DNA of 64,000 nt. It comes from an uncultured Christensenella sp. (GTDB lineage Bacteria > Bacillota > Clostridia > Christensenellales > CAG-917). Below the pieces are notes generated by a model that saw nothing but the letters and a program-made list of their open reading frames with translations, was not told the DNA's origin and did not search any database. Made by a program: the position numbers and the translations under genes. This document shows, in pieces, positions 18,042-26,694 of the stretch. Within the stretch, counting starts at the first letter, position 1. Each line of letters opens with the position of its first letter. The stretch is from contig CAJTYG010000006.1 in NCBI GenBank assembly GCA_910584155.1, positions 67,844 through 131,843 on the forward strand. Reading direction: 5' to 3'.

Positions 18042-18060
18042 ATATACCTCTTAACTGCGC

Positions 18061-18516
18061 TCATTTTGTGTTGTATTCTTTGAGCACACGCTGTAGATTG
18101 CGGTTGTTTTCCTTTTCCTTTATTGCGGCACGCTTGTCGTGCAGCTCCTTGCCTCTGCAAAGCCCGAGCTCTACCTTCACGAGCGCATCTTTAAAATAAA
18201 CTCTCAGCGGAATGAGCGTAAAGCCCTTTTGTTCCACCTTACCTCTGAGCTTGTTTATTTCCGCACGGTTTAGCAGCAGCTTGCGTGTGCGCCTTGCGTC
18301 CACGTTGAAATAGCTGCCCATTTTGTAGGGCGAAACATGCATACCTATCAAAAACGCCTCTCCGTTTTTTATTATGACAAAGCTGTCACGCAAATTGAGC
18401 GCACCCTGTCTGATAGATTTGACCTCGCTGCCGACAAGCACAATGCCTGCCTCGTAGGTGTCCTCCACAAAATAATCGTGAAAAGCCTTTTTATTTGTCG
18501 CAACAGTTTTTTCCAT
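18061..18516 (-). CDS. smpB: SsrA-binding protein SmpB
   Basis: 151 aa. NKKAFHDYFVEDTYEAGIVLVGSEVKS and the basic C-terminal tail are characteristic. Confidence 0.9.
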   Translation of the reverse strand: MEKTVATNKKAFHDYFVEDTYEAGIVLVGSEVKSIRQGALNLRDSFVIIKNGEAFLIGMHVSPYKMGSYFNVDARRTRKLLLNRAEINKLRGKVEQKGFTLIPLRVYFKDALVKVELGLCRGKELHDKRAAIKEKENNRNLQRVLKEYNTK

Positions 18517-18540
18517 ATTCCGTCATATCCTTTCGGTTTT

Positions 18541-18568
18541 AAAAACGGCTCGCATTTTGTGCGAGCCG
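18541..18568 (-). terminator. Rho-independent terminator between secG and smpB
   Basis: The reverse strand reads CGGCTCGCAcaaaaTGCGAGCCGTTTTT. Confidence 0.6.
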
Positions 18569-18591
18569 TAGCAAAATCCAAGTCGTGCAAA

Positions 18592-18900
18592 TCAGTCTAT
18601 TGCCACACCGAATACCATACAAATTATTGCACATACGATGATAAAAGCAAACAGCCCGAAGGTAATTTTCTTTAAAACGCCCTCTCTGTCCTTCTTTTTA
18701 TTTTTGCCGTAGTAGGTATCGGAAGCACCCGAAATAACGCCTACGTTGTCGTTTGTGCCCTTTTGCATCATTATCACGACGATGATTGCAATACAGGCAA
18801 TGGTCATCAGTATTGCAAACGCCATCAAAACTTGCTGTCTTACGCCGTAGTCCAAGCCGAGATTTGCGGCGAGGAGTGCGAAGTTCATAGTATCAAGCAT
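18592..18900 (-). CDS. secG: Preprotein translocase subunit SecG (probable)
   Basis: Two TM helices flank a loop (MMQKGTNDNVGVISGASDTYYGKNKK) resembling the SecG Q-x-G-K/G-rich loop. The secG...smpB neighbourhood is common in Firmicutes. ATG 18900 follows GGAGG. Confidence 0.6.
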   Translation of the reverse strand: MLDTMNFALLAANLGLDYGVRQQVLMAFAILMTIACIAIIVVIMMQKGTNDNVGVISGASDTYYGKNKKKDREGVLKKITFGLFAFIIVCAIICMVFGVAID

Positions 18901-19052
18901 AAAGCCCTCCAAAAATGTACTTTGTGATTTTAGCATACGCAAGCGCTTTTTGCAAGCGTTTTTATAATAAATGTCAATTTATATATTTTATACAGCAATA
19001 AAGTGTCATCTGAGGATACTTGCGCATATATTGAAAAAAATGCGGAGGCCAT

Positions 19053-19532
19053 ATGGAAATAACCAAATTTGCAAGCGATTTGCCCTATCCAACCATAGAA
19101 GTCAGCGGAAATCTTGCACAGTCAAAGCTGCTTATGCCAAGCTATAGCGGCACCTGCGGCGAGCTGACTGCCGTGTTGACGTACTGCTTTCAGAATTATG
19201 TCACCAAGCGTCCCGATATCGCAAATGCGATGATGGGCGTTGCAAAGTGCGAAATGCACCATCACAAGCTGCTTGGCGACGCTATTTTTAAGCTCGGGGG
19301 CTATCCCGTAATGGGCGCACGCACCTACTGGAACGGAAGCTATGTCAACTACACCCTCGATCCGAGGAAATACCTGCAGCAAAACATAGTCGCCGAAGAG
19401 AGCGCAATCTTAAATTATGAGCGCACTATACTCAATCTCAGCGACGAATGTGTGAAAATGCTGCTTGAGCGTATCATTCTCGACGAAGAAGTTCATATAC
19501 AGATTTTCAAAGAGCTTTTAAAAGATTTGTAA
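19053..19532 (+). CDS. Ferritin-like / Mn-catalase-related (CotJC-like) protein
   Basis: YPTIEVSGNLAQSKLLMPSYSGTCGELTAVLTYCFQNY and the E-x-x-H elements (CEMHHHK, DEEVHIQ) resemble the CotJC/ferritin-like diiron fold. No cotJA or cotJB lies adjacent. Confidence 0.5.
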   Translation: MEITKFASDLPYPTIEVSGNLAQSKLLMPSYSGTCGELTAVLTYCFQNYVTKRPDIANAMMGVAKCEMHHHKLLGDAIFKLGGYPVMGARTYWNGSYVNYTLDPRKYLQQNIVAEESAILNYERTILNLSDECVKMLLERIILDEEVHIQIFKELLKDL

Positions 19533-19555
19533 ACAAAAACTGCATTTTATCATAC

Positions 19556-19583
19556 AAAAACAGGCGTTTAAACGCCTGTTTTT
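19556..19583. terminator. Bidirectional terminator between convergent genes
   Basis: AAAAACAGGCGTTTAAACGCCTGTTTTT overlaps the stop codon of the phosphatase gene. Confidence 0.65.
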
Positions 19584-20017
19584 GTGATATAACTCAAAAT
19601 CATAGGCAATGCCTTTTCTATCAATTCATACGTATCTTCATACGCTTTAAGCCCTTTCCCGTAAGGGTCGTCTACCTCGCAGCCGATGATATCGCAAAGC
19701 GGCAAAATATTGCAACTATCGGAACACATATTTTTGAGATACTCGCACTGCTCCAAGGTCATCGTAAACACGACGTCGCTTGTCTTTAATAATTGCACTT
19801 CGCAGGGCTTTGAAATTTTATCCCCGTCAAACTCTATTCCGTGCGCTCTCAAAACCTCTTTTGCGTAAGAAGCCATAGGCTTTGTATGTCTCATAGTGCC
19901 TGCGCTGTCCACGCATACATTTTCAACGCCTTTTTCGTTGAGATAGTGCTTTAGCGCATACTCGAACATAGGGCTGCGGCAGGTGTTGCCCGTGCAGACA
20001 AACAGCACATTATACAC
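19568..20017 (-). CDS. Low-molecular-weight protein phosphatase (YwlE-like, Tyr/Arg)
   Basis: The CTGNTCRS P-loop (C-x5-R-S) is at the N-terminus and VDDPYG forms the acid loop. It overlaps the tsaC/sua5 gene by 8 nt, as in the Bacillus ywlC-ywlE region. Confidence 0.85.
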   Translation of the reverse strand: MYNVLFVCTGNTCRSPMFEYALKHYLNEKGVENVCVDSAGTMRHTKPMASYAKEVLRAHGIEFDGDKISKPCEVQLLKTSDVVFTMTLEQCEYLKNMCSDSCNILPLCDIIGCEVDDPYGKGLKAYEDTYELIEKALPMILSYITKTGV

Positions 20018-20993
20018 GCTTGCCTCCTGCGGCTTTTTCCACCCTGTTCATCACAGAAGCCTCCAAGCCGCCGCCGTGCAGCTCCTCGATTATAATAAAA
20101 TCGTACTGCTTTTCGGCAAGATGCAAGGCGTTGTAAATGTTGTGAGTATAGTCCTCGGCGGTTATTCCAAGCGATATCTGTTCTCTGTCCACGACCTTAT
20201 CTCTGTAAATATCCCTTGCGACGATCACGGGGCGCCTGCCCATCTTTATAAGCTCGTCGTATTTGGCAACGGCGCTTTCTATGCTCACGGCGCAGACGGT
20301 TTCCACAACGGGCGCATAGTGAGTATATTTCATTCCGGGCGCCTTTGCTATCTTTATCACCCTGCCGTTTACGCTGACCTCACCAAGCACATCGAGCAGC
20401 ATTTCGGCAGTGACGGCGCCCGGTCTTAAAATAGTGGGCGTATCGGACGTCAAATCAAGCACGGTGCTCTCAATGCCTACACGGCACTCGCCGCCGTCCA
20501 TAATGACTGCGACCTCGCCCTTGAGGTCCTCGTATACGTGCATTGCGGACGTAGGCGATATGTGCTTTGACCTGTTTGCCGACGGCGCCGCAAGCGGACG
20601 TGAAGCGGCTATGAGCGCACGGGCGTATTCGTTGTCGGGCATACGCACCCCGACGGTCTCGCCGCCTGCCGTCACGGCGTAGGGTATCTTATCGCTCTTT
20701 TTGAGTATGACCGTCAAAGGACCGGGCATATACAGCTCGGCGAGCTTATAAAACACATCGGGCACGTCTACGGCTATTTCGTCAACCTCTTTGAGCGAGG
20801 ATATATGTACGATGAGCGGATTGTCCTGCGGTCTGCCCTTCGCCTTGAATATCTTTGCGACTGCGTGCTCGTCAAAAGCGTTTGCTCCAAGCCCATAAAC
20901 GGTTTCCGTTGGAAAAACAACAAGCTCGCCCCGCAAAATAAGCGAGGCGCACTCATCGATACAGTCTTTTGCTTTTTTTATTTGAGTTATCAT
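20010..20993 (-). CDS. tsaC: L-threonylcarbamoyladenylate synthase (Sua5/YwlC type, with C-terminal Sua5 domain)
   Basis: VFPTETVYGLGANAFD signature. The 327-aa length implies the two-domain Sua5 form. Confidence 0.85.
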   Translation of the reverse strand: MITQIKKAKDCIDECASLILRGELVVFPTETVYGLGANAFDEHAVAKIFKAKGRPQDNPLIVHISSLKEVDEIAVDVPDVFYKLAELYMPGPLTVILKKSDKIPYAVTAGGETVGVRMPDNEYARALIAASRPLAAPSANRSKHISPTSAMHVYEDLKGEVAVIMDGGECRVGIESTVLDLTSDTPTILRPGAVTAEMLLDVLGEVSVNGRVIKIAKAPGMKYTHYAPVVETVCAVSIESAVAKYDELIKMGRRPVIVARDIYRDKVVDREQISLGITAEDYTHNIYNALHLAEKQYDFIIIEELHGGGLEASVMNRVEKAAGGKRV

Positions 20994-22879
20994 TATATCA
21001 GCCTGTAAACCGTATACGAAACGTTGTTGCCGTTTGTGACTTCTTCAAACATAAACACGTCGCTCGGCGAGCTGTTTGAAGCATACAACAAACTGCTCTT
21101 GCCCGTTATGAAAGCGGGCATAACGACGTTTGCGCCCACGTTAGGATTGAAATTTTTGATGCCGAAATAGTCGGTGCCGTCACGGGTTTCCTTAAACACA
21201 TAGCAGCCTATCTTGTAAGCCGAAGCGGACGACATATCGCCGAGCGGCATCGAGCCGTCCGACATTCTGGTTATCTCCACTCCGTCGACACCAACGAGCA
21301 CTCGTACCGTCTTTTTGGTGTCCTCGTCATAACGCTCGCCTATGGTATATGCGCCTCTGAAGGCGGCAAGCGATTTGTATTTGAATTCAATCACTTCTTC
21401 GCCCTTTATGTTGAATGCGCCGTACAAAGCTTCGTCGTCGTCATCGGGATCGACTATGCCCGCTATAATCATATTGTTTGAAAGCTCCTGCTGAATGACC
21501 GTAGTTCTGTCGTTGTGCCCCACAAGCTTTCCGTTTCCGTCAAAAATATTTATCTCGCTCGGCTGAAGCGGCACGTAAAAATAGCCGTCCACCTTTGTCA
21601 TAACGAGGTCGAAAACACCGACCTTATCCTTTTTCTGATCCTTGATAGTTATGCCGAAGTTGCCGGTCAGCGACATCACTACGTTGAGGTCATCGTCCAA
21701 AATGTACTGATCGTAAAAGCCGACCTTTTTCTCGCCCTCTATAAACAGACCGTAGCTTACATATATGAAGCCGTCGTTAAGATAGGACGATGTATCGATG
21801 CCGCTCTTTGCAGCGCCGTAATAGTTGTTTGTCATTTTGACAAAGATTTTGTCGTCGTTTGCCTTGTATTCTTCAAGTCTGTCGTTGTCGGGCGTATAGA
21901 TGTGCTGCTGCACCATCCAATATTTGCTGCCGTCCGTGTAGTCATACTCGTCCTTTTCGCCCACGGTCCAAGCCTCGTACATAAAGAATTTGCCCTTGCC
22001 CACGTACGTCAATTCTTTTTCGTAGTTTTCGTGTCCGTCGTTGACAAGCGTGCCGTTTGTAGTAGACGTGACGTTTTGAGGGTCTGATGAGCTTTCGGGG
22101 ATAAGATACACACGGTCGCCTCCGACCTTGTTACCTACGACGCTCACATATTTTTTGTCAAAGCCGTTGACATAGCCGAGCGCATTGTCGTTGTTTTCGA
22201 TACGGCATACGAGCTTGCCTCTGCTGTCGATGTCGCCGTCATATGTCGGACGGTATATCGTCGTATATCCGCTTCTTCCGCCAAGCCTGTCGTAGTTATA
22301 GTGCACGGCGATGAGCCCGTCATCCAGAATTCTGATGATATTGTCTATATTTACGTTTGAAATGCTGTCGCTGACAGATTTGCTGCCGAGTTTCACTCTT
22401 GATATGACCGTATTTCCGTTTATATCGAAGGCGCCCACGTCGTTGTTTTTAAACTTACATACGATAAGATTGCCTTTTATCCTCAATGCGGAAATGCCCA
22501 TCCAATCGGGGAAAACCATTCCCTCCATCAAGCCCGTGTAATACACTCTGCTGTCGCCGCATTTTACGATGGACAGATTGCCGTCCTTTGACACTACAAA
22601 TGCGTCAAGGCTCTTGATATAGCCCACGTCGCTGTTTAGCGACGACGACTGCGAGGAGCTGCTGACTGAGCTTGTGTATATCTTCCAGCCAACAGGCAAG
22701 GTAAACTCTTCCTTATAGTCGGAAAACTCTTTTTCGCTGCTCTGACTTTTAAAGATGTCGTTTATCGTGACCTTGTTTTTGTTGCGATTGCACGCAAAAA
22801 GCGTAAATGCCGACGCAAATACGACTGTCAAAACCGCAAAAACTGCAATAAGCTTTGCAAATAAACGTGTGTGTTTCAT
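20993..22879 (-). CDS. Lipoprotein of unknown function (possible WG/KWG-type beta-repeat protein)
   Basis: Signal peptide plus lipobox: MKHTRLFAKLIAVFAVLTVVFASAFTLFAC. Repeated motifs such as GAFDINGNTVIS, YGAFNIKGEEVIEFKYKSL and NIFDGNGKLVGH. ATGA overlap with the recO stop and TAATG overlap with the tsaC start. Confidence 0.55.
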   Translation of the reverse strand: MKHTRLFAKLIAVFAVLTVVFASAFTLFACNRNKNKVTINDIFKSQSSEKEFSDYKEEFTLPVGWKIYTSSVSSSSQSSSLNSDVGYIKSLDAFVVSKDGNLSIVKCGDSRVYYTGLMEGMVFPDWMGISALRIKGNLIVCKFKNNDVGAFDINGNTVISRVKLGSKSVSDSISNVNIDNIIRILDDGLIAVHYNYDRLGGRSGYTTIYRPTYDGDIDSRGKLVCRIENNDNALGYVNGFDKKYVSVVGNKVGGDRVYLIPESSSDPQNVTSTTNGTLVNDGHENYEKELTYVGKGKFFMYEAWTVGEKDEYDYTDGSKYWMVQQHIYTPDNDRLEEYKANDDKIFVKMTNNYYGAAKSGIDTSSYLNDGFIYVSYGLFIEGEKKVGFYDQYILDDDLNVVMSLTGNFGITIKDQKKDKVGVFDLVMTKVDGYFYVPLQPSEINIFDGNGKLVGHNDRTTVIQQELSNNMIIAGIVDPDDDDEALYGAFNIKGEEVIEFKYKSLAAFRGAYTIGERYDEDTKKTVRVLVGVDGVEITRMSDGSMPLGDMSSASAYKIGCYVFKETRDGTDYFGIKNFNPNVGANVVMPAFITGKSSLLYASNSSPSDVFMFEEVTNGNNVSYTVYRLI

Positions 22880-23583
22880 ATCAACTCCGTAAAGTAGCGA
22901 GTGTTTATTTTCACTCCCAACATTCTATATACCAAATTTGCAAGCAGAATATTTGCCTGCGCCCTCAAAGTGTGCGGCGTGTTCTCGTCCGTGCCGCTTA
23001 TGTATGCTCTGTAGGCATTTTCGATAACGATATCCTCAAAGCCTCTGCAATGCTTGCATACCACCCCGTCCTTATCGCTGAAATATGCTGTGTCCTCTAT
23101 ATCGCATTTGCATACGTTGCAATGTGCAAAATCGAGGTCAAGCCCCGTTATGCTAAGCACGCCCGTGAGAAATTCCGTCACAATTCTGTCCGCACTCTTT
23201 TGAGCGTTGTAGGCAAGCTCGCCGAGCGTCCTCACTGCGTGCATAAATATCTGCGGATCCGCCTCTCCCGACAGCTTATCCAGCGCATCGAGCACAGCAA
23301 AGCCCGCATAATATCTTTCTATATCAGCCGTTATCGCCGAAAAGCTTTCTATCTGCTCACACTCGGTTATGACGTATTTGCCGTTTCTGCCGTTCAGCAC
23401 GTATTCGCCGAAGTTGAACGGCTCTGCCGAGTAGCGCAGCTTTGCCTTTGGCTTGAGACAGCCCCTCGCCGTTGCAGTAAGTCTGCCCAAATCAACGCTT
23501 ATAAGAGTGACAATCATATCACTCTCTCTATAGGGCACCGCCCTCACGACAATGGCTTTTGTTTTTATAGGTTCGGCTTGCAT
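22876..23583 (-). CDS. recO: DNA repair protein RecO
   Basis: MQAEPIKTKAIVVRAVPYRESDMIVTLIS is an OB-fold N-terminus, and a Cys-rich zinc module follows (CNVCKC...CKHC). ATG 23583 is chosen because the upstream part of the track ORF overlaps the yqzL-like gene in another frame. Confidence 0.85.
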   Translation of the reverse strand: MQAEPIKTKAIVVRAVPYRESDMIVTLISVDLGRLTATARGCLKPKAKLRYSAEPFNFGEYVLNGRNGKYVITECEQIESFSAITADIERYYAGFAVLDALDKLSGEADPQIFMHAVRTLGELAYNAQKSADRIVTEFLTGVLSITGLDLDFAHCNVCKCDIEDTAYFSDKDGVVCKHCRGFEDIVIENAYRAYISGTDENTPHTLRAQANILLANLVYRMLGVKINTRYFTELI

Positions 23584-23600
23584 TTTTCTGCAAGCAAATT

Positions 23601-23708
23601 TTATTTTTTGCTTGCGTCCTCGTGATGTTCTTTCATAGCACGGTACATATCGTACCATTCTATATCGCCTGTTTTTGCAAATATCTGCCACAATTCGTAT
23701 TCTGTCAT
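23601..23708 (-). CDS. yqzL: YqzL-family small protein (35 aa)
   Basis: Below the ORF-track size cut-off. Hand translation: MTEYELWQIFAKTGDIEWYDMYRAMKEHHEDASKK. The position between era and recO and the W-x2-F-x2-TG-I-x2-Y pattern match Bacillus yqzL. Confidence 0.6.
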   Translation of the reverse strand: MTEYELWQIFAKTGDIEWYDMYRAMKEHHEDASKK

Positions 23709-23747
23709 ACCCGTAGCCTGTGCAAAAAACAGAATAATATACAAAGC

Positions 23748-24659
23748 TTAATCATTCTTTAAATCTTTGAGGTCGTATCCGAGCTCTTTCATGAGATAAT
23801 CGCTGTCACGCCACTCGTTTTTCACCCTCACGTACAGGGTGAGAAAGACCTTTTCGCCTACGAGCTTTTCTATATCCTTGCGGGCTTCGGTAGCGATTTT
23901 TTTGAGCATTTCGCCGCCCTTGCCTATGACTATAGCCTTGTGCGACTGCTTTTCGCAGACGATATCTGCGTCGATATCGCAGATAGGCTGTCCCTCACGC
24001 TCCTCAAATTTGTTGATGAACACGCCAATGCCGTATGGCACTTCCTTATCCAAAAGATACAGCGCCTTTTCTCTGATGATCTCGGTGGTCATAAATCTAA
24101 GTGAGCTTTGCGTGTATTCGTCCTGCGGATACATAGGGGCGCCGTACGGCAAAAATTCCTTTAGCTGCTGCATGAGCGGCTCGAGATTTTCGCCCTTCTT
24201 TGCGGATATAGGCACGACTGCGACGAGCCCTTCCACCGAATTGAGCTTTTCAAGGGATACGAACAGCGTCTCTCTCGTAACTGCGTCCTCTTTGTTGAGT
24301 GCGACCACGATAGGTGCTTTTTTTGCGTTTTTTTCCAAAAATTCGTAGTCGTCCTTTTGCAGTCCCTTGCTTGCGTCTATGACGTATACTACGCCGTCCA
24401 CGTCCTTGAGCCCGCTGTCTACGGCTTGCATCATATATTCGCCAAGATGATTGCGTGCCTTGTGTATGCCCGGCGTATCGATGAGCACCATTTGGAAGTC
24501 CTCGCCATTGATTATGCCAAGCAGCTTGTTGCGTGTGGTCTGCGGTCTCCACGACACTATGGACACCTTTTCGCCCACGAGCGCATTTGTAAGTGTGGAT
24601 TTGCCTGCGTTTGCAAGCCCCGCTATACATATAAATCCCGATTTAAAATTTTCGTACAT
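23748..24659 (-). CDS. era: GTPase Era
   Basis: P-loop AGLANAGKSTLTNALVG, DTPG, NKED (NKxD) and a C-terminal KH domain (VIGKGGEMLKKI). Confidence 0.92.
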   Translation of the reverse strand: MYENFKSGFICIAGLANAGKSTLTNALVGEKVSIVSWRPQTTRNKLLGIINGEDFQMVLIDTPGIHKARNHLGEYMMQAVDSGLKDVDGVVYVIDASKGLQKDDYEFLEKNAKKAPIVVALNKEDAVTRETLFVSLEKLNSVEGLVAVVPISAKKGENLEPLMQQLKEFLPYGAPMYPQDEYTQSSLRFMTTEIIREKALYLLDKEVPYGIGVFINKFEEREGQPICDIDADIVCEKQSHKAIVIGKGGEMLKKIATEARKDIEKLVGEKVFLTLYVRVKNEWRDSDYLMKELGYDLKDLKND

Positions 24660-24683
24660 CTCTATTTTTTCCGTTTTGTATAT

Positions 24684-25151
24684 TTATCTGCCCAGTTTTA
24701 CTTCGTCCATTATCCTGCGCTGATAAGAAGTCATTATTTCCTCGTCATCTTTTTCTATGTGATCGAAGCCGAGCAGGTGCAACATTCCGTGACAGGTCAA
24801 AAAGCCGAGCTCTCTTGCATATGTATGCCCAAACTCCTGCGCCTGCTGCAGTGCCCGTTCCCTGCAAATCATGATAGACCCCAACATCACACGTCTTCCC
24901 TCGTAGTCGTATGGCTTAAAGGCACTTTGCTCTACGGGCGGCTTGAGCGCATCAAAGCAAGGGAAGCTGAGCACGTCCGTGACCTTATCCACGCCTCTGC
25001 GCTCGGCATTGAGCGTGCGGATAGTTTCTGCGTCCGACACCGTCAGCTCGACCGTGAAAAAATCCGCCTGACCTATCTGCTTATAGCACGCCTTTTCCAC
25101 CCTGCGGATGAGCCGTTTTTCTTTGAAGGTAGCGCCTGTAACGTTTATCAT
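24684..25151 (-). CDS. ybeY: rRNA maturation endoribonuclease YbeY
   Basis: HGMLHLLGFDH zinc-binding motif. 155 aa. Confidence 0.9.
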   Translation of the reverse strand: MINVTGATFKEKRLIRRVEKACYKQIGQADFFTVELTVSDAETIRTLNAERRGVDKVTDVLSFPCFDALKPPVEQSAFKPYDYEGRRVMLGSIMICRERALQQAQEFGHTYARELGFLTCHGMLHLLGFDHIEKDDEEIMTSYQRRIMDEVKLGR

Positions 25152-26644
25152 CGTCTTTGAGTCACTCTCCTTCTCTTTTGGTCGTAGTCTATTCTATTGT
25201 GGTGCATGGAAGCAAGTGCGTCCATCACGGTTTTTTTGATTATCGCTATATCGCCGAGCGTTATCGGACACTCGTCAAACTGCCCGAGCTTTATCTTTTC
25301 ATCTACGAGCATATTTATCCTTGCCTCGTATTCCTCTCTCGTATCGGGCATATACGACCTTATCGCCGCCTCGACGGTGTCGCAAATCATTATGATAGCC
25401 GCCATTTTTGTCTGCGGCTTAGGACCTGCGTATTTATACTTGTCCACTGCAAGGTCGCCGTCCTCTTTGAGCGTGAGCGCCTTGCGGTAAAAATATCCGA
25501 CGGGAGCGGTGCCGTGATGCTGACGGCATATATCCACCACCTCGGACGGCAGACGGCTTTGCTTTGCCAAAATCTCGCCGAATAGAGTGTGCGAGGTTAT
25601 CATACTTACGCTGACCTCGGGGATAAGCTCGTCATGCGGGTTGTAATCGGACTGATTTTCACTGAAATATAGCGGCGCTTTCAGCTTGCCTATATCGTGA
25701 TAATATGCTGCGCACCTTGCAAGATTCGGGTTTTCGTCCACGGCGGAAGCGCAAGCCTCTGCCAACGTACCGACCGACAGTGAGTGATTGAACGTGCCGG
25801 GAGCCTCGCTTGCAAGCCTCTTGAGCAGCGGATTGGACAAATTGCAAAGCTCGCTGAGTCTGAAGTCGTCCGCAATGTTGAAAACGCCCTCGAATATCGC
25901 CAGAAAGAACATAAACGCCACTGCGGATATTGCGTTTGCGCCGTAGCACCAAAGCACGTTGTAGAGTATATTCATCTGTTCTTTCTCGCCAAATGCGAGC
26001 GTCGTCATCAGCACCACGGGCAGCACTATCAGCGGCACTATAAGGCATATTCCCAAAAATTTGAGCCTTGGCATATGCTTTCTCTTGAAAAAGCTGATTA
26101 TCGTGGGGCTTATGGCGTTGCATATGACCGCCGAAACGACACGGGCTGCGTTATAATAATCCGCTTTATTTGAAAACAAAAACGAAATGATTATCAAAAC
26201 GCTCATCGTAGCCGTCGTAAGCACCGACGCACGTGTGCCTATAAGCTGCAAAACTACAAGCGAAGCTATAGCTATAGGCATAGCGTAACGGTTGTCAAAC
26301 TTCATACAAAACGTGATGACCAAAAAGAAAGTGATGACAAACACGATTGTAATAAGCCAGAAATTCCTTACGTTTTTAGTATCGGTAGGGTTGAGCCCAT
26401 AAATGCCGAGCATCAAAAACACCATCAACATAAGCGTGGTCACCGTTCTGCCCGAAGTGGCGGCGGCTCGTGCCGGCGTAAAGGCGTTGTTAAAATCGCT
26501 GACCATATAAATGGCAAACAGCGTCATAATCACAGTAGCTATCAATGCGCCCGAGATACATTTTAAAAAGTACGACGTAAAACGACGTCTTGCAAGCAGC
26601 TTTTCCTGCTCCAGCACAGATAAATCCTTAATGTCGTCAATCAT
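25148..26644 (-). CDS. 7TM-HD (HDIG) membrane phosphohydrolase, PgpH/YqfF-like, short form
   Basis: Multi-TM block followed by an HD domain (AAYYHDIGKLKAP). At 498 aa it lacks the long N-terminal extracellular domain of full-length PgpH. It occupies the yqfF position in the phoH-ybeY-era operon. Confidence 0.75.
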   Translation of the reverse strand: MIDDIKDLSVLEQEKLLARRRFTSYFLKCISGALIATVIMTLFAIYMVSDFNNAFTPARAAATSGRTVTTLMLMVFLMLGIYGLNPTDTKNVRNFWLITIVFVITFFLVITFCMKFDNRYAMPIAIASLVVLQLIGTRASVLTTATMSVLIIISFLFSNKADYYNAARVVSAVICNAISPTIISFFKRKHMPRLKFLGICLIVPLIVLPVVLMTTLAFGEKEQMNILYNVLWCYGANAISAVAFMFFLAIFEGVFNIADDFRLSELCNLSNPLLKRLASEAPGTFNHSLSVGTLAEACASAVDENPNLARCAAYYHDIGKLKAPLYFSENQSDYNPHDELIPEVSVSMITSHTLFGEILAKQSRLPSEVVDICRQHHGTAPVGYFYRKALTLKEDGDLAVDKYKYAGPKPQTKMAAIIMICDTVEAAIRSYMPDTREEYEARINMLVDEKIKLGQFDECPITLGDIAIIKKTVMDALASMHHNRIDYDQKRRRVTQRR

Positions 26645-26694
26645 AATACTTCCTTTGAACTTGCGTTCACTCTTATTTTCATCTGTATATTCGC

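Noticed and set aside
18061-18600. A tmRNA (ssrA) gene expected next to smpB
   Set aside because: smpB is followed after 19 nt by metY, and preceded by a terminator and secG. No tRNA-like acceptor/T-arm or tag-reading-frame sequence is visible in the flanks.
25148-26644. The short PgpH-like gene as a truncated pseudogene
   Set aside because: The ORF is intact, with an SD-compatible start overlapping the ybeY gene boundary (the usual operon style), a complete TM block and an HD domain. It is more likely a natural short form lacking the extracellular domain.
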